Shown here: piece by piece, positions 41,720 to 56,430 of the stretch | How the letters are laid out: the number at the start of each line of letters is the position of its first letter | Position numbering within the stretch: position 1 is the first letter of the stretch | NCBI GenBank assembly: GCA_963734495.1 | Contig: CAVTHK010000016.1 | Coordinates: forward strand, 160,001 to 224,000 | Direction: 5' to 3' | Length of the DNA: 64,000 nt | Source: an uncultured Spirochaetota bacterium | Lineage (GTDB): Bacteria > Spirochaetota > Spirochaetia > SZUA-6 > CAVTHK01 | Notes under the pieces: generated by a model | Seen by the model: only the letters and a program-made list of their open reading frames with translations | Told to the model about the DNA's origin: nothing | Databases searched by the model: none | Made by a program: the position numbers and the translations under genes

Positions 41720-42582
41720 GCATCCTGGTCGACGGGAGCACGCGCGTGCTGGTGCAGGGGATCACCGGGAGGGACGGCTCGTTCCACGCCCGCACGATGG
41801 CTGCCGACGGCACCCGCGTGGTGGGCGGGGTCACGCCCGGCAAAGGCGGCGAGAAGGTCGAAACGCTCCCGGTCTTCAACAGCGTGCGCGAGTGCCGCGG
41901 AGAGACGGGCGCCGACTGCTCGGTCATCTTCGTGCCGGCGCGCTTCGCCTCCGCAGCGGTGAGGGAGTCGGCCGACGCCGGGATCCCCCTCATCGTCTGC
42001 ATCACCGAAGGGATGCCGGTCCTGGAGGTGATGGACCTGACCTTCCACGTGCGGGATCGCGGCGCGCGGCTGATCGGGCCGAACTGCCCGGGGCTCATCT
42101 CGCCGGGCAAGTGCAAGGTCGGCATCATGCCGGCGAAGATCCACAAGCAGGGCGGAATCGGCGTGATCTCGCGCAGCGGCACGCTGACCTACGAAGTCGT
42201 GCACGCCCTCACGGCGGCCGGGCTCGGCCAGTCCACCTGCGTCGGCATCGGGGGAGACCCCATCGTCGGGACCGGCTTTATCGACCTGCTCGAGCTCTTC
42301 GAGAAGGATCCGGGCACCGAGGGCGTTGCGCTCATCGGCGAGATCGGCGGGGAGGCCGAGGAAGAGGCGGCCGAATTCATCCGCAGCCGAATGTCCAAGC
42401 CCGTGGTCGCGTTCATTTCGGGACGGACGGCGCCGCCCGGAAAACGGATGGGGCACGCGGGGGCGATCATCTCGGGAGGGAAGGGAACGCCGGAGGCCAA
42501 GATCAAAGCGTTCGCCGCGGCCGGCGTCCCGGTGGCGGACCGGCCCGACCAGATCCCCGACCTGCTGAAGAAACGGCTGTAA
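41716..42582 (+). CDS. sucD: succinyl-CoA synthetase alpha subunit
   Basis: [33 protein letters not shown] (phospho-His). Confidence 0.97.
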   Translation: MSILVDGSTRVLVQGITGRDGSFHARTMAADGTRVVGGVTPGKGGEKVETLPVFNSVRECRGETGADCSVIFVPARFASAAVRESADAGIPLIVCITEGMPVLEVMDLTFHVRDRGARLIGPNCPGLISPGKCKVGIMPAKIHKQGGIGVISRSGTLTYEVVHALTAAGLGQSTCVGIGGDPIVGTGFIDLLELFEKDPGTEGVALIGEIGGEAEEEAAEFIRSRMSKPVVAFISGRTAPPGKRMGHAGAIISGGKGTPEAKIKAFAAAGVPVADRPDQIPDLLKKRL

Positions 42583-42632
42583 CGCGAGGGGCCGGCACGC
42601 CGCCCGGCCACCGCGCGAAGGAGCTCTGCGCA

Positions 42633-45477
42633 GTGGATGCCGCGAATCTATCTCTCCTCGAGGAGATGTACGAGGCCTGGAGGGCCGACCAGACGTCGGT
42701 CTCGGCGGACTGGCGGGCTTACTTCCGGCGGATGGAGCAGAGCCAGAGGGCCGTGGTGGGCACGGAGGCCGCGGCGGGGATCGAGGCGCTCGCCTCCCAG
42801 TCTCACGAGCTCAAGCAGAGCCGGGTGGACAGCCTGCTCTGGGCCTACCGCGAGTCCGGCTACATCCACGCCGACATCAACCCGCTCGAGTACCGGACCC
42901 CGGACCTCGACTACCTCCAGATGAGCATCGAGGGCGTGGTCAAGAGCCTAACGCTCGAGGAGTTCGGGCTCTCCGAGGCTGATCTCGACACCGAGTTCTC
43001 GGCGGGGCCGTACCTCCAGCCGTCGCGCGCGCCCCTGCGGGAGATTCTGGCCAACGTGAGGGAGTGCTACTGCGGGTCTATCGGGGTCGAGATCCAGCAC
43101 ATCCAGAACAGGGCGATCCGGCGCTGGCTCATCGAGAAGATCGAGACGAACAACAACCGCCCCTCCTGGACCGCGGAGCAGAAAAGAGCGTTCCAGGAGG
43201 ACCTGATCAGGGCCGAGGAGTTCGAGCGCTTCATCCAGGCGCACTACGTCGGGCAGAAGCGCTTCTCCCTCGAAGGGGGCGATGTCCTGATCCCCGCGCT
43301 GCGCACCCTCATCGACCGCGCGGCGCGCAGCGGCGTGCAGGAGATGGTGTTCGGCAGCGCGCACCGCGGCCGCCTGAACATGCTCACGAACGCGCTCGCC
43401 AAACCGTACGTGGACATCTTCGCGGCGTTCGAGGACAGCTACAAGCCCCACGTGTACGGCGGCAGCGGCGACGTCAAGTACCACCTCGGGTACAGCTCCG
43501 ACTACACGACGCGCCGACGGCAGGCGCATGCACGTGAGCCTCGTCGCGAACCCGAGCCACCTCGAGGCGGTGGACCCGGTGGTCGAGGGAAAGACCCGCG
43601 GCGTGCAGAGGCGGCGCGGCGACGTCAACCGCAAGAAAGTGATCCCGGTGCTGATCCACGGCGACGCGGCGTTCCGCGGCCAGGGCGTCGTCTCGGAGAC
43701 CTTCAACCTCTACATGCTCAAGGGGTACAAGACCGGCGGCACGATCCACATCGTGGTCAACAACCAGATCGGCTTCACGACCGCTTCCAAGGACGCGCGC
43801 TCCACCTTCTTCACGACCGACGTGGCCAAGACCGTCCCGGCGCCCATCTTGCACGTCAACGGCGACGATCCCGAGGCCGTCGTGCGGGCGATCGACCTGG
43901 CGTTCCAGTTCCGGCAGAAGTTCAGCTACGACGTCGTGGTCGACATCATGTGCTACCGGCGCCTGGGCCACAACGAGACGGACGAGCCCTCGTTCACCCA
44001 TCCCCTCATGTACAAGAAGATCGAGAACCACCCCAGCGTGATCCAGATCTACGGGGCTCGCCTCGACAAGGACGGCGCGTTCTCGCTGCGGGAGCAGGAC
44101 GACTTCCGCACGCGCTACGTCGGGATGCTCCGGCACGAGCTGGAGCGGGCGCGCGGCGGCTACACGCCGCCCGCGACCGACGCGTTCGCGGAGGGCGACT
44201 GGAAGGACTTCAAGGAGGGCTACACCCAAGACCGCGTGGAGACCGCGGTGCCGCCCAGGACGCTTCAGAAGGTCGGGAGCGCGCTCACGACCGTCCCCGA
44301 CGGCTTCGACATCCATCCGAAGCTCCGGCGCTTCGTGGCCGCGCGCAGCGAGGCGCTCGGGCGCGGCGAGGGCATCGACTGGGCGTTCGCCGAGAGCCTC
44401 GCGTTCGGCGCGCTGCTGCTCGAGGGATACCACGTGCGGCTCTCGGGGGAGGACACAGCGCGCGGCACGTTCTCGCAGCGGCACTCCGTGTGGTGGGACG
44501 TCACGGCGGACAAGCCCAGGGCCTACGTGGCCCTGAACCACATCGACGAGGCGCAGAGCCACTTTTCCGTGTACGACAGCCCGTTGTCCGAATTCTCGGT
44601 GCTGGGGTTCGACTACGGCTACTCGCTCGCGCAGCCGAGAGTGCTCGTGCTGTGGGAGGCGCAGTTCGGCGACTTCGCCAACGGCGCCCAGGTGATCATC
44701 GACCAGTTCATCGCGGCAGGCGAAAGCAAGTGGCAGCGGGCCAGCGGCCTGGTGATGCTGCTGCCCCACGGCTACGAGGGGCAGGGGCCGGACCATTCGA
44801 GCGCCCACATGGAGCGCTACCTGCAGCTCTGCGCTCAGGACAACATGCAGGTCTGCTACCCGACCACGCCCGCGCAGTATTTCCACCTGCTGCGCCGGCA
44901 GATGAAGCGGAGCTTCCGCAAGCCGCTGGTCGTCATGACGCCCAAGAGCCTCCTGCGCCACAAGCTCGCCGTCTCGCGGGCCGCGGACCTGACGGCAGGG
45001 ACTTTCGAAGAAGTTCTCGACGACGGCGCCGAAGCGCCGAAGACGCTGCTCCTGTGCACGGGCAAAGTCTTCTACGACCTCCTGCAGCGGCGCGAGGCGG
45101 AGTCTCGCCGGGACGTCGCGATCGTGCGGATCGAGCAGCTCTACCCCTGGCCGGAGGAGCGGATTCGCGCCGCGCTCACCCGTTACGCGGGCTGCGAGAC
45201 GGTGCGCTGGGTGCAGGAAGAGCCGAGGAACAGGGGCGCGTGGTCGTTCGTGAGCGAGCCGCTGCGCGCCTTGCTCGACGGGAAGACGCTGGAGTACGCC
45301 GGCCGTCCGGCGGGCGCGAGCCCGGCCGCGGGGTCGCACAAGCAGCACGAGTCGGAGCTCGAGGCCCTGCTCGACGAGGCCCTCGCAGGGGCTCCGATCG
45401 CGCCGCGCAGGAAGGGGCCGGTTCGCGCGACCGCGGCCGCCACGGCGGGCGAACGGGTAAAAAAGGCAGGTTTATAG
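42633..45477 (+). CDS. sucA: 2-oxoglutarate dehydrogenase E1 (one +1 frameshift near 43512)
   Basis: KRFSLEG, HRGRLN, GDVKYHLG, NPSHLE, HGDAAF, RGTFSQRH, WEAQFGDF, LPHGYEGQGPDHSSA. Confidence 0.94.
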
Positions 45478-46743
45478 TGAAACAGCAGGTCGAAGTGCCC
45501 TCGGTGGGGGAATCGGTATCGAAGGGCGTGCTGACGACGTGGCTGAAGAAGCAGGGTGAGTACGTCCGCGAGGGCGATGAGCTCTTCGAGCTCGAGACCG
45601 ACAAGGCGACGATGGCGATTCCCGCCGCGACGTCGGGCGTCCTCGAGATCGCCGTGCCCGCGGACAGCGAAGTCTCGGTCGGCCAGGTCGTCGGAAGCAT
45701 CGACACCGCCGGGAAGGCGGACGGCGGGCGGACGGCTCCGCCGTCGGCGCCCGCGCCGGCGCCAGCGAAGAGCGTGCCGCCCCAGGCGGAGGCGCAGCCC
45801 CGCGCGGAGGGGCCGCGGCCGGCACCCGCCGCCGGCGACATGCCGCTCTCGCCCGCGGTGCGGCGGCTGGTCGAGGAGCACGAGGTCGATGCCGGTGCGA
45901 TTGCGGGGACCGGAAGGGGCGGACGCCTCACGAAGGCCGACGTGCTGCAGCACCTCGACCGCCAGGGCGGGAGCGCGGCGCAGGCATCCGCGGCGCAGGC
46001 ACCCGCCGCTGCGCCGGCCGCCGCCGCCGCCCCGGCGCGCGCCGGCCGGCAGGAGCGCCGCCGCATGTCGCCGATGCGCCGCACCATCGCCGCGAACCTC
46101 GTCGCGTCGAAGCATGCGGCTGCCCACCTGACCACCTTCAACGAAGTCGATCTCCTGCCGCGTCACCGAGATGCGCGCTGCCTACAGGGACGCGTTCGAG
46201 AAGAAGCACGGCGTGCGCCTCGGGTTCATGTCGTTCTTCATCAAGGCAAGCGTCCGGGCTCTGGCGGACTGGCCCGAGGTCAACGCCTTCGTCGAAGGCG
46301 ACGAGATCGTCTACAACAACTACTACGACATCGGCGTCGCGGTCTCCACCGACCGCGGGCTCGTGGTCCCGGTCATCCGCGACGCGGACGCAAAGAGCTT
46401 CGCCGTCCTCGAGAAGGAGATCGCGGAGCTTGCAGCCAAGGCCAGGGAGCGGAGGCTGGGCGTCGACGAGATGACGGGCGGCACCTTTACGATCACCAAC
46501 GGCGGGGTCTTCGGGTCGCTGCTGTCGACGCCCATACCCAACCCGCCGCAGACGGCGGTGCTGGGCATGCACACCATCCAGAAGCGGCCGGTGGTCGTCA
46601 ACGACCAGATCGTGATCCGGCCCATGATGTACCTGGCGCTGACGTACGATCACCGGCTGATCGACGGCAGGCAGGCGGTGAGCTTTCTCGCGAGGATCAA
46701 GGCCCTGGTCGAGGACCCGGCGCAGCTCCTGCTCGAGCTGTAG
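45477..46743 (+). CDS. sucB: dihydrolipoamide succinyltransferase E2 (one +1 frameshift near 46160)
   Basis: Lipoyl motif ETDKA, binding domain [38 protein letters not shown]. Confidence 0.94.
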
Positions 46744-46752
46744 GGAGCCGTC

Positions 46753-48171
<1,419 letters not shown>

Positions 48172-48244
48172 CCAGGGCGCGATCCCGTTTTTGTTTGGTG
48201 GCCGGGCCGCCCGATAGTATCTTCGAAACATCAGCGGGAGGTGC

Positions 48245-49405
48245 ATGATGAGCGGCGCACTGACAAAGCCGGCGTACTCCAGGGGGCTCGAGGGAGTCAT
48301 CGCCGCGGAGACCTCGATCAGCGAGGTCGACGGCGAGCGCGGCAAGCTCTACTACTACGGCTACACGATCGAGGACCTCGTGGAGAACTGCAGCTTCGAG
48401 GAGGTGATGTACCTCTTGCTCTACTCGGAGCTGCCGAACACCCATGAGCTGGAGACCTTCACCCAGAAGGTCCGGTCCGCCCGCCCGCTTCACCCGCAGA
48501 TCCTGCAGATGATCCGCGAGTTCCCCCGCGAAGCGCACCCGATGGAGCTGCTGCAGTCGGTGATCTCCTACTTGAGCGGCTACGTCGAGCACCGCATCCA
48601 GCACAACGCGACCTGCAACTGCCGCACGACGCTGCACCAGGTGGCGCAGCTCGGAAGCGTCGTCGCAGCCTACCAGCGCTTCCGCGACGGCAAGGACTAC
48701 ATCCCGCCGCGGATGGACCTGTCCTACGGCGCCAACTTCCTCTACATGCTGCACGGCCAGGAGCCGGACGAGCTCGAGGGGAAGATGATGGACAACATGC
48801 TCACGATCCACTGCGAGCACGGGTTCAACGCGTCGACGTTCACCGCGCGCGTCGTGGCATCTACGCTCTCCACCTGCTACTGCAGCATCTCGGCTGCCAT
48901 CGGCGCGCTCTACGGATCGCTGCACGGGGGCGCGAACGAGAAGACGATGGAGATGGTCGAGCACATCGGAAGCAAGGGCCGCGTGCGCGAGTGGATCAAC
49001 ATGGCCCTCGACCAGAAGCAGAAGATCCCGGGCATGGGCCACCGGGTCTACAAGACCAAGGACCCGCGCGCCATCATCGTCGAGGAGTACCTGCACCAGC
49101 TCTCGGAGCGCAAGAACAACTTTACCTACTACAACATCCTCAAGGAGATCGAGGTGGTCTTTCGCGAGAGGATGGACCAGAAGGGCAAGCCGGTCTACCC
49201 GAACGTGGACTTCTTCTCGGGCGCGGTCTACAGCCTGATGGGGATTCCGCGGACGCTCTTCACGCCGGTGTTCGCGATCGCGCGCGCGCCCGGCTGGCTC
49301 GCGCACATCCTCGAACAGCGGGTCGACAACCGGCTGTTTCGGCCCGACGCCCTCTACAACGGCGAGCTCGGCCGCAAGCTCGTCCCGATCGCGCAGCGGA
49401 AATAG
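48245..49405 (+). CDS. gltA: citrate synthase (type I / short form)
   Basis: GLEGV, EHGFNAST, LHGGAN, GMGHRVYK..DPR, YPNVDF. Confidence 0.93.
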   Translation: MMSGALTKPAYSRGLEGVIAAETSISEVDGERGKLYYYGYTIEDLVENCSFEEVMYLLLYSELPNTHELETFTQKVRSARPLHPQILQMIREFPREAHPMELLQSVISYLSGYVEHRIQHNATCNCRTTLHQVAQLGSVVAAYQRFRDGKDYIPPRMDLSYGANFLYMLHGQEPDELEGKMMDNMLTIHCEHGFNASTFTARVVASTLSTCYCSISAAIGALYGSLHGGANEKTMEMVEHIGSKGRVREWINMALDQKQKIPGMGHRVYKTKDPRAIIVEEYLHQLSERKNNFTYYNILKEIEVVFRERMDQKGKPVYPNVDFFSGAVYSLMGIPRTLFTPVFAIARAPGWLAHILEQRVDNRLFRPDALYNGELGRKLVPIAQRK

Positions 49406-49433
49406 CGGGCGGCCGGCCCGAGCGGCGGCCGCT

Positions 49434-50372
49434 TCAGCCGACCCGGTAGAAGGTTCCGAGGGACTCGACGCCCGCGCGCACGGACGCGGCCGACTTGTCG
49501 AGCTGCGCTTTTTCGTCCGCGCTCAGCTCCAGCTCAAAGATGCGCTCAACCCCGTTGCGGCCGAGGAGCACGGGCACTCCGAGAAAGATGTCGCTGTGCC
49601 CGTATTCGCCGCGCAGGTAGGCGGACGCCGCGACGAGGCGTTTCTCGTCCTTGACCACGGCTTCGACCATCTTGGCGGTCGAGGCCCCGGGGGCGTAATA
49701 CGCGCTTCCGGTCTTGAGGTACTGGACGATCTCGCCGCCGCCGGTTCGCGTGCGCTGCACGAGCTTGCCGATCGAGGCGGCGTCCATCAGCTCGGTCAGG
49801 GGGAAGCCGCCCACGGAGGTGTAGCGGGGCAGCGGCACCATGTCGTCGCCGTGGCCGCCGAGCACCATCGCCGACACGTCGGAGGGGGCGACCCTGAGCG
49901 CCTCGGATATGAAGTAGCGGAAGCGCGTGGCGTCGAGGACGCCCGCCATGCCCACGACCTTCTTGAGACCGAACCCGGACTCACGGAGCGCCACCATGGC
50001 GATGACGTCCAGCGGGTTGCTCACGGCGATGACCACGGCGTTGGGGGCGTACTTCGCGATGGCCTGGGCCGCCGACTTCGCGATGGCCACGTTCGTCTTG
50101 AGCAGGTCCATGCGGTCCATGCCGGGCTTGCGGGCGATGCCGGCCGTGAGCACGACGACGTCGGAGCCCTTGATGAAGTGGTAATCGTTGGTGCCGACGA
50201 TGCGCACGTTGTAGCGGCGCAGCGGCGCGGCGTGGAGAAAGTCCATCGCCTTGCTTTGCGGCAGGCCCTTGACGACGTCGACCATCACGATCTCGGCCAT
50301 GTTCTTTTCCGCGATGTAGTAGACCGCGGTGGCGCCGACGTTGCCCGCCCCGATGACCGATACCTTGCTCAT
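49434..50372 (-). CDS. mdh: malate dehydrogenase (LDH-like type)
   Basis: GAGNVG, AGIARKPGMDRMDL, SNPLD, LDATR, GGHGD, SAYYAP. Confidence 0.95.
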   Translation of the reverse strand: MSKVSVIGAGNVGATAVYYIAEKNMAEIVMVDVVKGLPQSKAMDFLHAAPLRRYNVRIVGTNDYHFIKGSDVVVLTAGIARKPGMDRMDLLKTNVAIAKSAAQAIAKYAPNAVVIAVSNPLDVIAMVALRESGFGLKKVVGMAGVLDATRFRYFISEALRVAPSDVSAMVLGGHGDDMVPLPRYTSVGGFPLTELMDAASIGKLVQRTRTGGGEIVQYLKTGSAYYAPGASTAKMVEAVVKDEKRLVAASAYLRGEYGHSDIFLGVPVLLGRNGVERIFELELSADEKAQLDKSAASVRAGVESLGTFYRVG

Positions 50373-51307
50373 CACCGCACCTTTTCCCTTTCCAGCCCGT
50401 CCCCTTCGAGCCCGCGCAGGATGACGGCCGCCGACTCCCTGAGCGCTCCGATCTCCGAGTCCGTGAGCCTGGGCTCCAGCACCCGCTCGATCCCGGCCCT
50501 GCCGATCACCGCCGGCAGGCTCATGGCGGCGCCCTGGATCCCGTACTGGCCGTGGAACACGAGCGAGACCGGGATGATGCGGTGGGAATCGCGGTGGATC
50601 GCCTCCGCCACGTCCGCGGCGACGGCCGAAGGCCCGTAGTACGCGCTCGCCCGCTGCGCCATGTCCACGATGAGGCCGCCGGCCTCGCGCGTCACGCGGT
50701 AGAGCACCTCGAGGCGGTCCTCAGGCAGCAGGAGGGTGACGGGCACGCCCGACACGGTCGAGTAGCGGCCGAGGGGGATCATCGCGTCGGAGTGGCGGCC
50801 GATGACCGTTGCGTCCACGTTCTCCGTGGAAACGCCGAGCGCCGTGGCGATGAGGTAGCGCAGGCGCGTGGCGTCCAGGCAGCCGCCGAGCCCCATGACC
50901 CTCTGCCACGGCAGGCCGGACTCGCGGACGAAGAACGTCGTGAGGGCGTCGACAGGCTCGGTGATCATGATCACCCTGGCCGGAGAGCCCCGGAGCCTGC
51001 CGGCGATCTCCGCGATGACTCCGCGGTTGGTCGCGAGCAGGTCCTCCCGCTTCATCCCCGGGGTGCGGACTGTGCCGGCGGCGATGATGAGGGTGTGGCA
51101 GCCCCTGAGGTCGTCAAAGGAGTCGGTGCCGGTGATCCGCGACACGTAGCCGCGGATGGGTGCCGCCTCCATCATGTCGAGGGCCTTGCCCGCGGCCAGA
51201 CCCTCCTTGACGTCGTAGAGACACGTGTCGGCGACGCCGCGCTCGGCGAGGAAGAAAGCGGTGTTGGCTCCGACGTTCCCGCTTCCGATGATCCCTATGT
51301 CCGCCAT
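50372..51307 (-). CDS. second, divergent malate dehydrogenase-like protein
   Basis: GSGNVG, AGTVRTPGMKREDL, TEPVD, LDATR, GRHSD, SAYYGP; GAGGAG RBS. Confidence 0.9.
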   Translation of the reverse strand: MADIGIIGSGNVGANTAFFLAERGVADTCLYDVKEGLAAGKALDMMEAAPIRGYVSRITGTDSFDDLRGCHTLIIAAGTVRTPGMKREDLLATNRGVIAEIAGRLRGSPARVIMITEPVDALTTFFVRESGLPWQRVMGLGGCLDATRLRYLIATALGVSTENVDATVIGRHSDAMIPLGRYSTVSGVPVTLLLPEDRLEVLYRVTREAGGLIVDMAQRASAYYGPSAVAADVAEAIHRDSHRIIPVSLVFHGQYGIQGAAMSLPAVIGRAGIERVLEPRLTDSEIGALRESAAVILRGLEGDGLEREKVR

Positions 51308-51434
51308 CAGGCCTCTCCTCGGCGCAATATACTCACGGGGGCGCGCGGCGGCACAAATCCGCGCCGCCGCGTCGTCTATCCCTTTGATCCAAAGCGGTTT
51401 TCTTAGTATACGTTTACCAGGGAAAGGAGCGGCA

Positions 51435-54096
51435 ATGACCTCCAGCGTGATGCATGATGCCCTCGAGAACCTGACCACCCGAACGGGGCGCGTGTCCTAC
51501 CTGAGCCTCGAACGGATCGCGCGCAAAGCGGGCGCCGACCTGGCCAGGCTGCCGCTCACCATCAAGATCATGATCGAGCAGGTCGCACGCACGATCGACG
51601 GCAAAGCGGTCACAGAGGCGCACCTGGAGAGCATCCTCCGCTGGCCGGGCTCGGGGACGGGCGAAATGCCCTTCAAGCCCGCTCGGGTCATCATGCAGGA
51701 CTTTACCGGGGTCCCCGCCGTCGTCGACCTGGCGGTCATGAGGGACGCGTTCGCCAGGCTGGGGGGCGACCCCCGCAGGATCAACCCGCTCATTCCCGTC
51801 GACCTCGTGATCGACCACTCGGTGCAGGTCGACCGGTACGCGACCTCCGGCGCGTTCGAGTACAACGCCGGCCGTGAGTTCGAGCGCAACCGCGAGCGCT
51901 ACGAATTCCTCAAGTGGGCCTCCACCGCCTTTTCGGACCTCACGGTCGTGCCGCCTGCCACCGGCATCGTGCACCAGGTGAACCTGGAGTACCTGGCGAG
52001 CGTCGTGCAGGTGCGGAAGATCGGCGGCGTCGAGGTGGCGTTCCCCGACACCGTGCTCGGTACCGATTCGCACACGACCATGGTCAACGGTGTGGGCGTG
52101 CTAGGCTGGGGCGTGGGGGGCATCGAGGCCGAGGCCGCCATGCTCGGCCAGCCGATGTATATGCCGATGCCCGTGGTCATCGGGGTGCGGCTCGTCGGCC
52201 GCCTCGCCGAGGGCGTGACCGCCACCGACCTCGTGCTCACGGTCACGCAGATGCTCCGCAAGCACGGCGTCGTCGAGAAGTTCGTCGAGTTCTTCGGGCC
52301 CGGGCTCGACGCCCTCACGGTCGCCGACCGGGCGACGGTTTCCAACATGTGCCCGGAATACGGCGCAACGGCCGCGCTGTTCCCGGTCGACGACGCCGCG
52401 CTGCGCTACCTCAGGGTCACGGGCCGCAGCGAAGACCGCGTGGACCTCGTGGAAAAGTACTGCCGGGCGCAGGGCCTTCTCCGCACGCCCGGCTCTCCCG
52501 ATCCGCGCTACAGCGCGACGCTGGAGCTGGATATGGGAACCGTGCGGCCCTCCGTGGCAGGGCCCAAGAGGCCGCAGGACCGGCTCGCGCTGGGCGAGAC
52601 GAAGGGCAAGTTCGGAGAGTTCGTCGCGGGCCTCCGCAAGGGCCCGCAGCACAAGGTCAAGGCGAAGCTGAATGGCGGCGAGGCGGAGCTGGGCGACGGC
52701 ACGGTCGTGATCTCCGCGATCACGAGCTGCACGAACACCTCCAACCCGTCGGTCATGATCGCGGCCGGCCTGGTCGCCAAGAAAGCCGTCGAGCGGGGGC
52801 TCAAGGTGCCGCCCTGGGTCAAGACCAGCCTGGCGCCGGGCTCGCGCGTGGTCACGCGCTACCTCGACCTGGCCGGGCTCACGCCCTATCTCGACCGCCT
52901 GGGCTACCAGCTCGTGGGCTACGGGTGCACGACCTGCATCGGCAACAGCGGCCCCCTCGACGAGGCGGTGAGCCGCGCGATCCGGGAGGGCGACCTCGTG
53001 GTGGCCGCGGTGCTGTCGGGGAACCGCAACTTCGAGGGCCGCGTCCATCCCGAGGTGCGCGCCAACTACCTCGCCTCTCCGCCGCTGGTGATCGCCTACG
53101 GGCTGGCCGGGACGGTCGAGATCGACCTGGACAAGGACCCTCTCGGCAGAGGCGAGGACGGGCGGCCGGTGTACCTGCGCGACATCTGGCCGACGCACGA
53201 AGAGGTCCGCATGCTCGTGGAAGAAACGGTCACGCCGACGCTCTTCCGCGAGGAGTACGCCAACGTCTACACGGGCAACAAGACGTGGAACCAGATCCGC
53301 CTGGAGAAGGGGGACCGGTACCGCTGGCAGCCGGATTCGACCTACATCCGCCAGGCGCCCTTCTTCGAGGGGCTGACCAGGAAGATCCCGCCCGTGGCGC
53401 CGATCCGCGGAGCGCGGGTGCTCGCGGTTCTCGGCGACTCGGTGACGACGGACCACATCTCGCCCGCGGGCATGATCCCCGCGGACAGCCCGGCGGCGGA
53501 CTGGCTGCGGAGCCACGGCGTGGAGGTCGCGGAGTTCAACACCTTCGGCGCGCGCCGCGGCAACCACGAAGTGATGATGCGGGGCACGTTCGGCAACATC
53601 CGCATCAAGAACCGCCTCGCCCCGGGCAAAGAGGGCGGCTACACCCGTCACCTGCCCGACGGCAAGGTGGCGAGCATCTACGACGCGGCCATGGCCTACC
53701 GCAAGGAGGGCGTCCCGCTGCTGGTCATCGCCGGCAAGGACTACGGGATGGGGAGCTCGCGCGACTGGGCGGCAAAGGGCGCGATCCTGCTCGGGCATCC
53801 ACGCCGTCTTCGCGGAGAGCTTCGAGCGCATCCACCGCAGCAACCTGATCGGCATGGGGGTGCTGCCGCTCGTGTTCGTCGACGGCGAGACGCCCCAGTC
53901 GCTCGGCCTCACCGGCGAAGAGGTCTACGAGATCGAGCCGGTCAGCCGCCCCGGGCAGCGCCTTGCGGTGACCGCCCGCTCGCCCGGCGGCGAGACCAGG
54001 TTCACAGTGCTCTCGCGCATCGATGCCGGCGTGGAGCTGGACTACTACCGCAACGGCGGGATCCTGCACACGCTGCTGCGGAGCCTCGCCGAATAG
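51435..54096 (+). CDS. acnA: aconitate hydratase A (one +1 frameshift near 53793)
   Basis: QDFTGVP, DHSVQVD, GIVHQVNLE, DSHTTM, AITSCTNTSNP, GCTTCIGNSG, TTDHISP, GSSRDWAAKG, ESFERIHRSNL. Confidence 0.96.
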
Positions 54097-54126
54097 GGCG
54101 GCCGGGTCCGCCGCCGGGGAGATGCC

Positions 54127-55521
<1,395 letters not shown>

Positions 55522-55570
55522 CGAGCGCGTCGGGCGGTGAGCCGGCGCTCGGGCGCAAAGGAGAGAGAAC

Positions 55571-56275
55571 ATGAAGTTGAATCAGTCGGACCCCGAGTAC
55601 ATCAAGGCACTGCAGCTCTACCTGGCGGGCGACTGGACGCACGCTCGGGATGCGTTTGAGGCCCTGGCGGCCAGGTACGAGGCGAGCCCCGTCCTCTACC
55701 TGCATCTCGGCGACGTGGAGTACTCGCTCGGCGCGCTCGACGAGGCCGCCGGGCTCTACCACAAGGCCATCGAGATCCAGCCCGACTTCGGGCTGGCCTA
55801 CTACAAGGCGGGCGTGTGTCTCCACCGGGCGGGCAAGCTCGAGCAGGCGCTCGCCTCGTTCGAGAAGGTCGTGGAGCTGAAGAATCAGAGCCACGCCATG
55901 GCCGCCTATTTCGTGGGGCTCATCAACACCTTCCTCGGGCGCGACGAGGCGGCCATCCGCGGGTTCAGCCATCTGCGCAAAGAGAGCCCGCAGTCGCGCA
56001 TCGCCAACTACTACCTCGCTCAGCTCAAGATCAAGCGCAACGAGTTCGGCGAGGCGCTCGAGCTGCTCCAGGAGCTCGTGGACCAGACCCCTCAGTTCGC
56101 GGAGGTGCACTACCTCCTCGGCGTCGTGAACTACCGGCTGCACAAGATCACCGACGCGATCCACTGTTTCCGCAGGGCGCTCGAGCTCGACCCCAGGGAC
56201 GAGCGGGCGCGGTCGCGACTGATGCAGCTCACCGACGTGCAGTGGCCGTGGAGCGCGGGGGCAATGGTGATATGA
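55571..56275 (+). CDS. tetratricopeptide repeat protein
   Basis: About six TPR units (e.g. [28 protein letters not shown]); no signal peptide. Confidence 0.88.
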   Translation: MKLNQSDPEYIKALQLYLAGDWTHARDAFEALAARYEASPVLYLHLGDVEYSLGALDEAAGLYHKAIEIQPDFGLAYYKAGVCLHRAGKLEQALASFEKVVELKNQSHAMAAYFVGLINTFLGRDEAAIRGFSHLRKESPQSRIANYYLAQLKIKRNEFGEALELLQELVDQTPQFAEVHYLLGVVNYRLHKITDAIHCFRRALELDPRDERARSRLMQLTDVQWPWSAGAMVI

Positions 56276-56430
56276 AGTACGTCTGCGACGTTTGCGGCTA
56301 CGTCTACGACCCGGCCGAAGGCGACCCGGACGGCAACATCCCGCCGGGGACCGCGTTCGACGACCTGCCCGACGATTGGGTCTGCCCCGTTTGCGGGGCG
56401 GGCAAGGATCAGTTCACCGCCGAGACCTGA
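56272..56430 (+). CDS. rubredoxin
   Basis: [11 protein letters not shown]...[15 protein letters not shown] overlap with the TPR gene. Confidence 0.95.
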   Translation: MKYVCDVCGYVYDPAEGDPDGNIPPGTAFDDLPDDWVCPVCGAGKDQFTAET

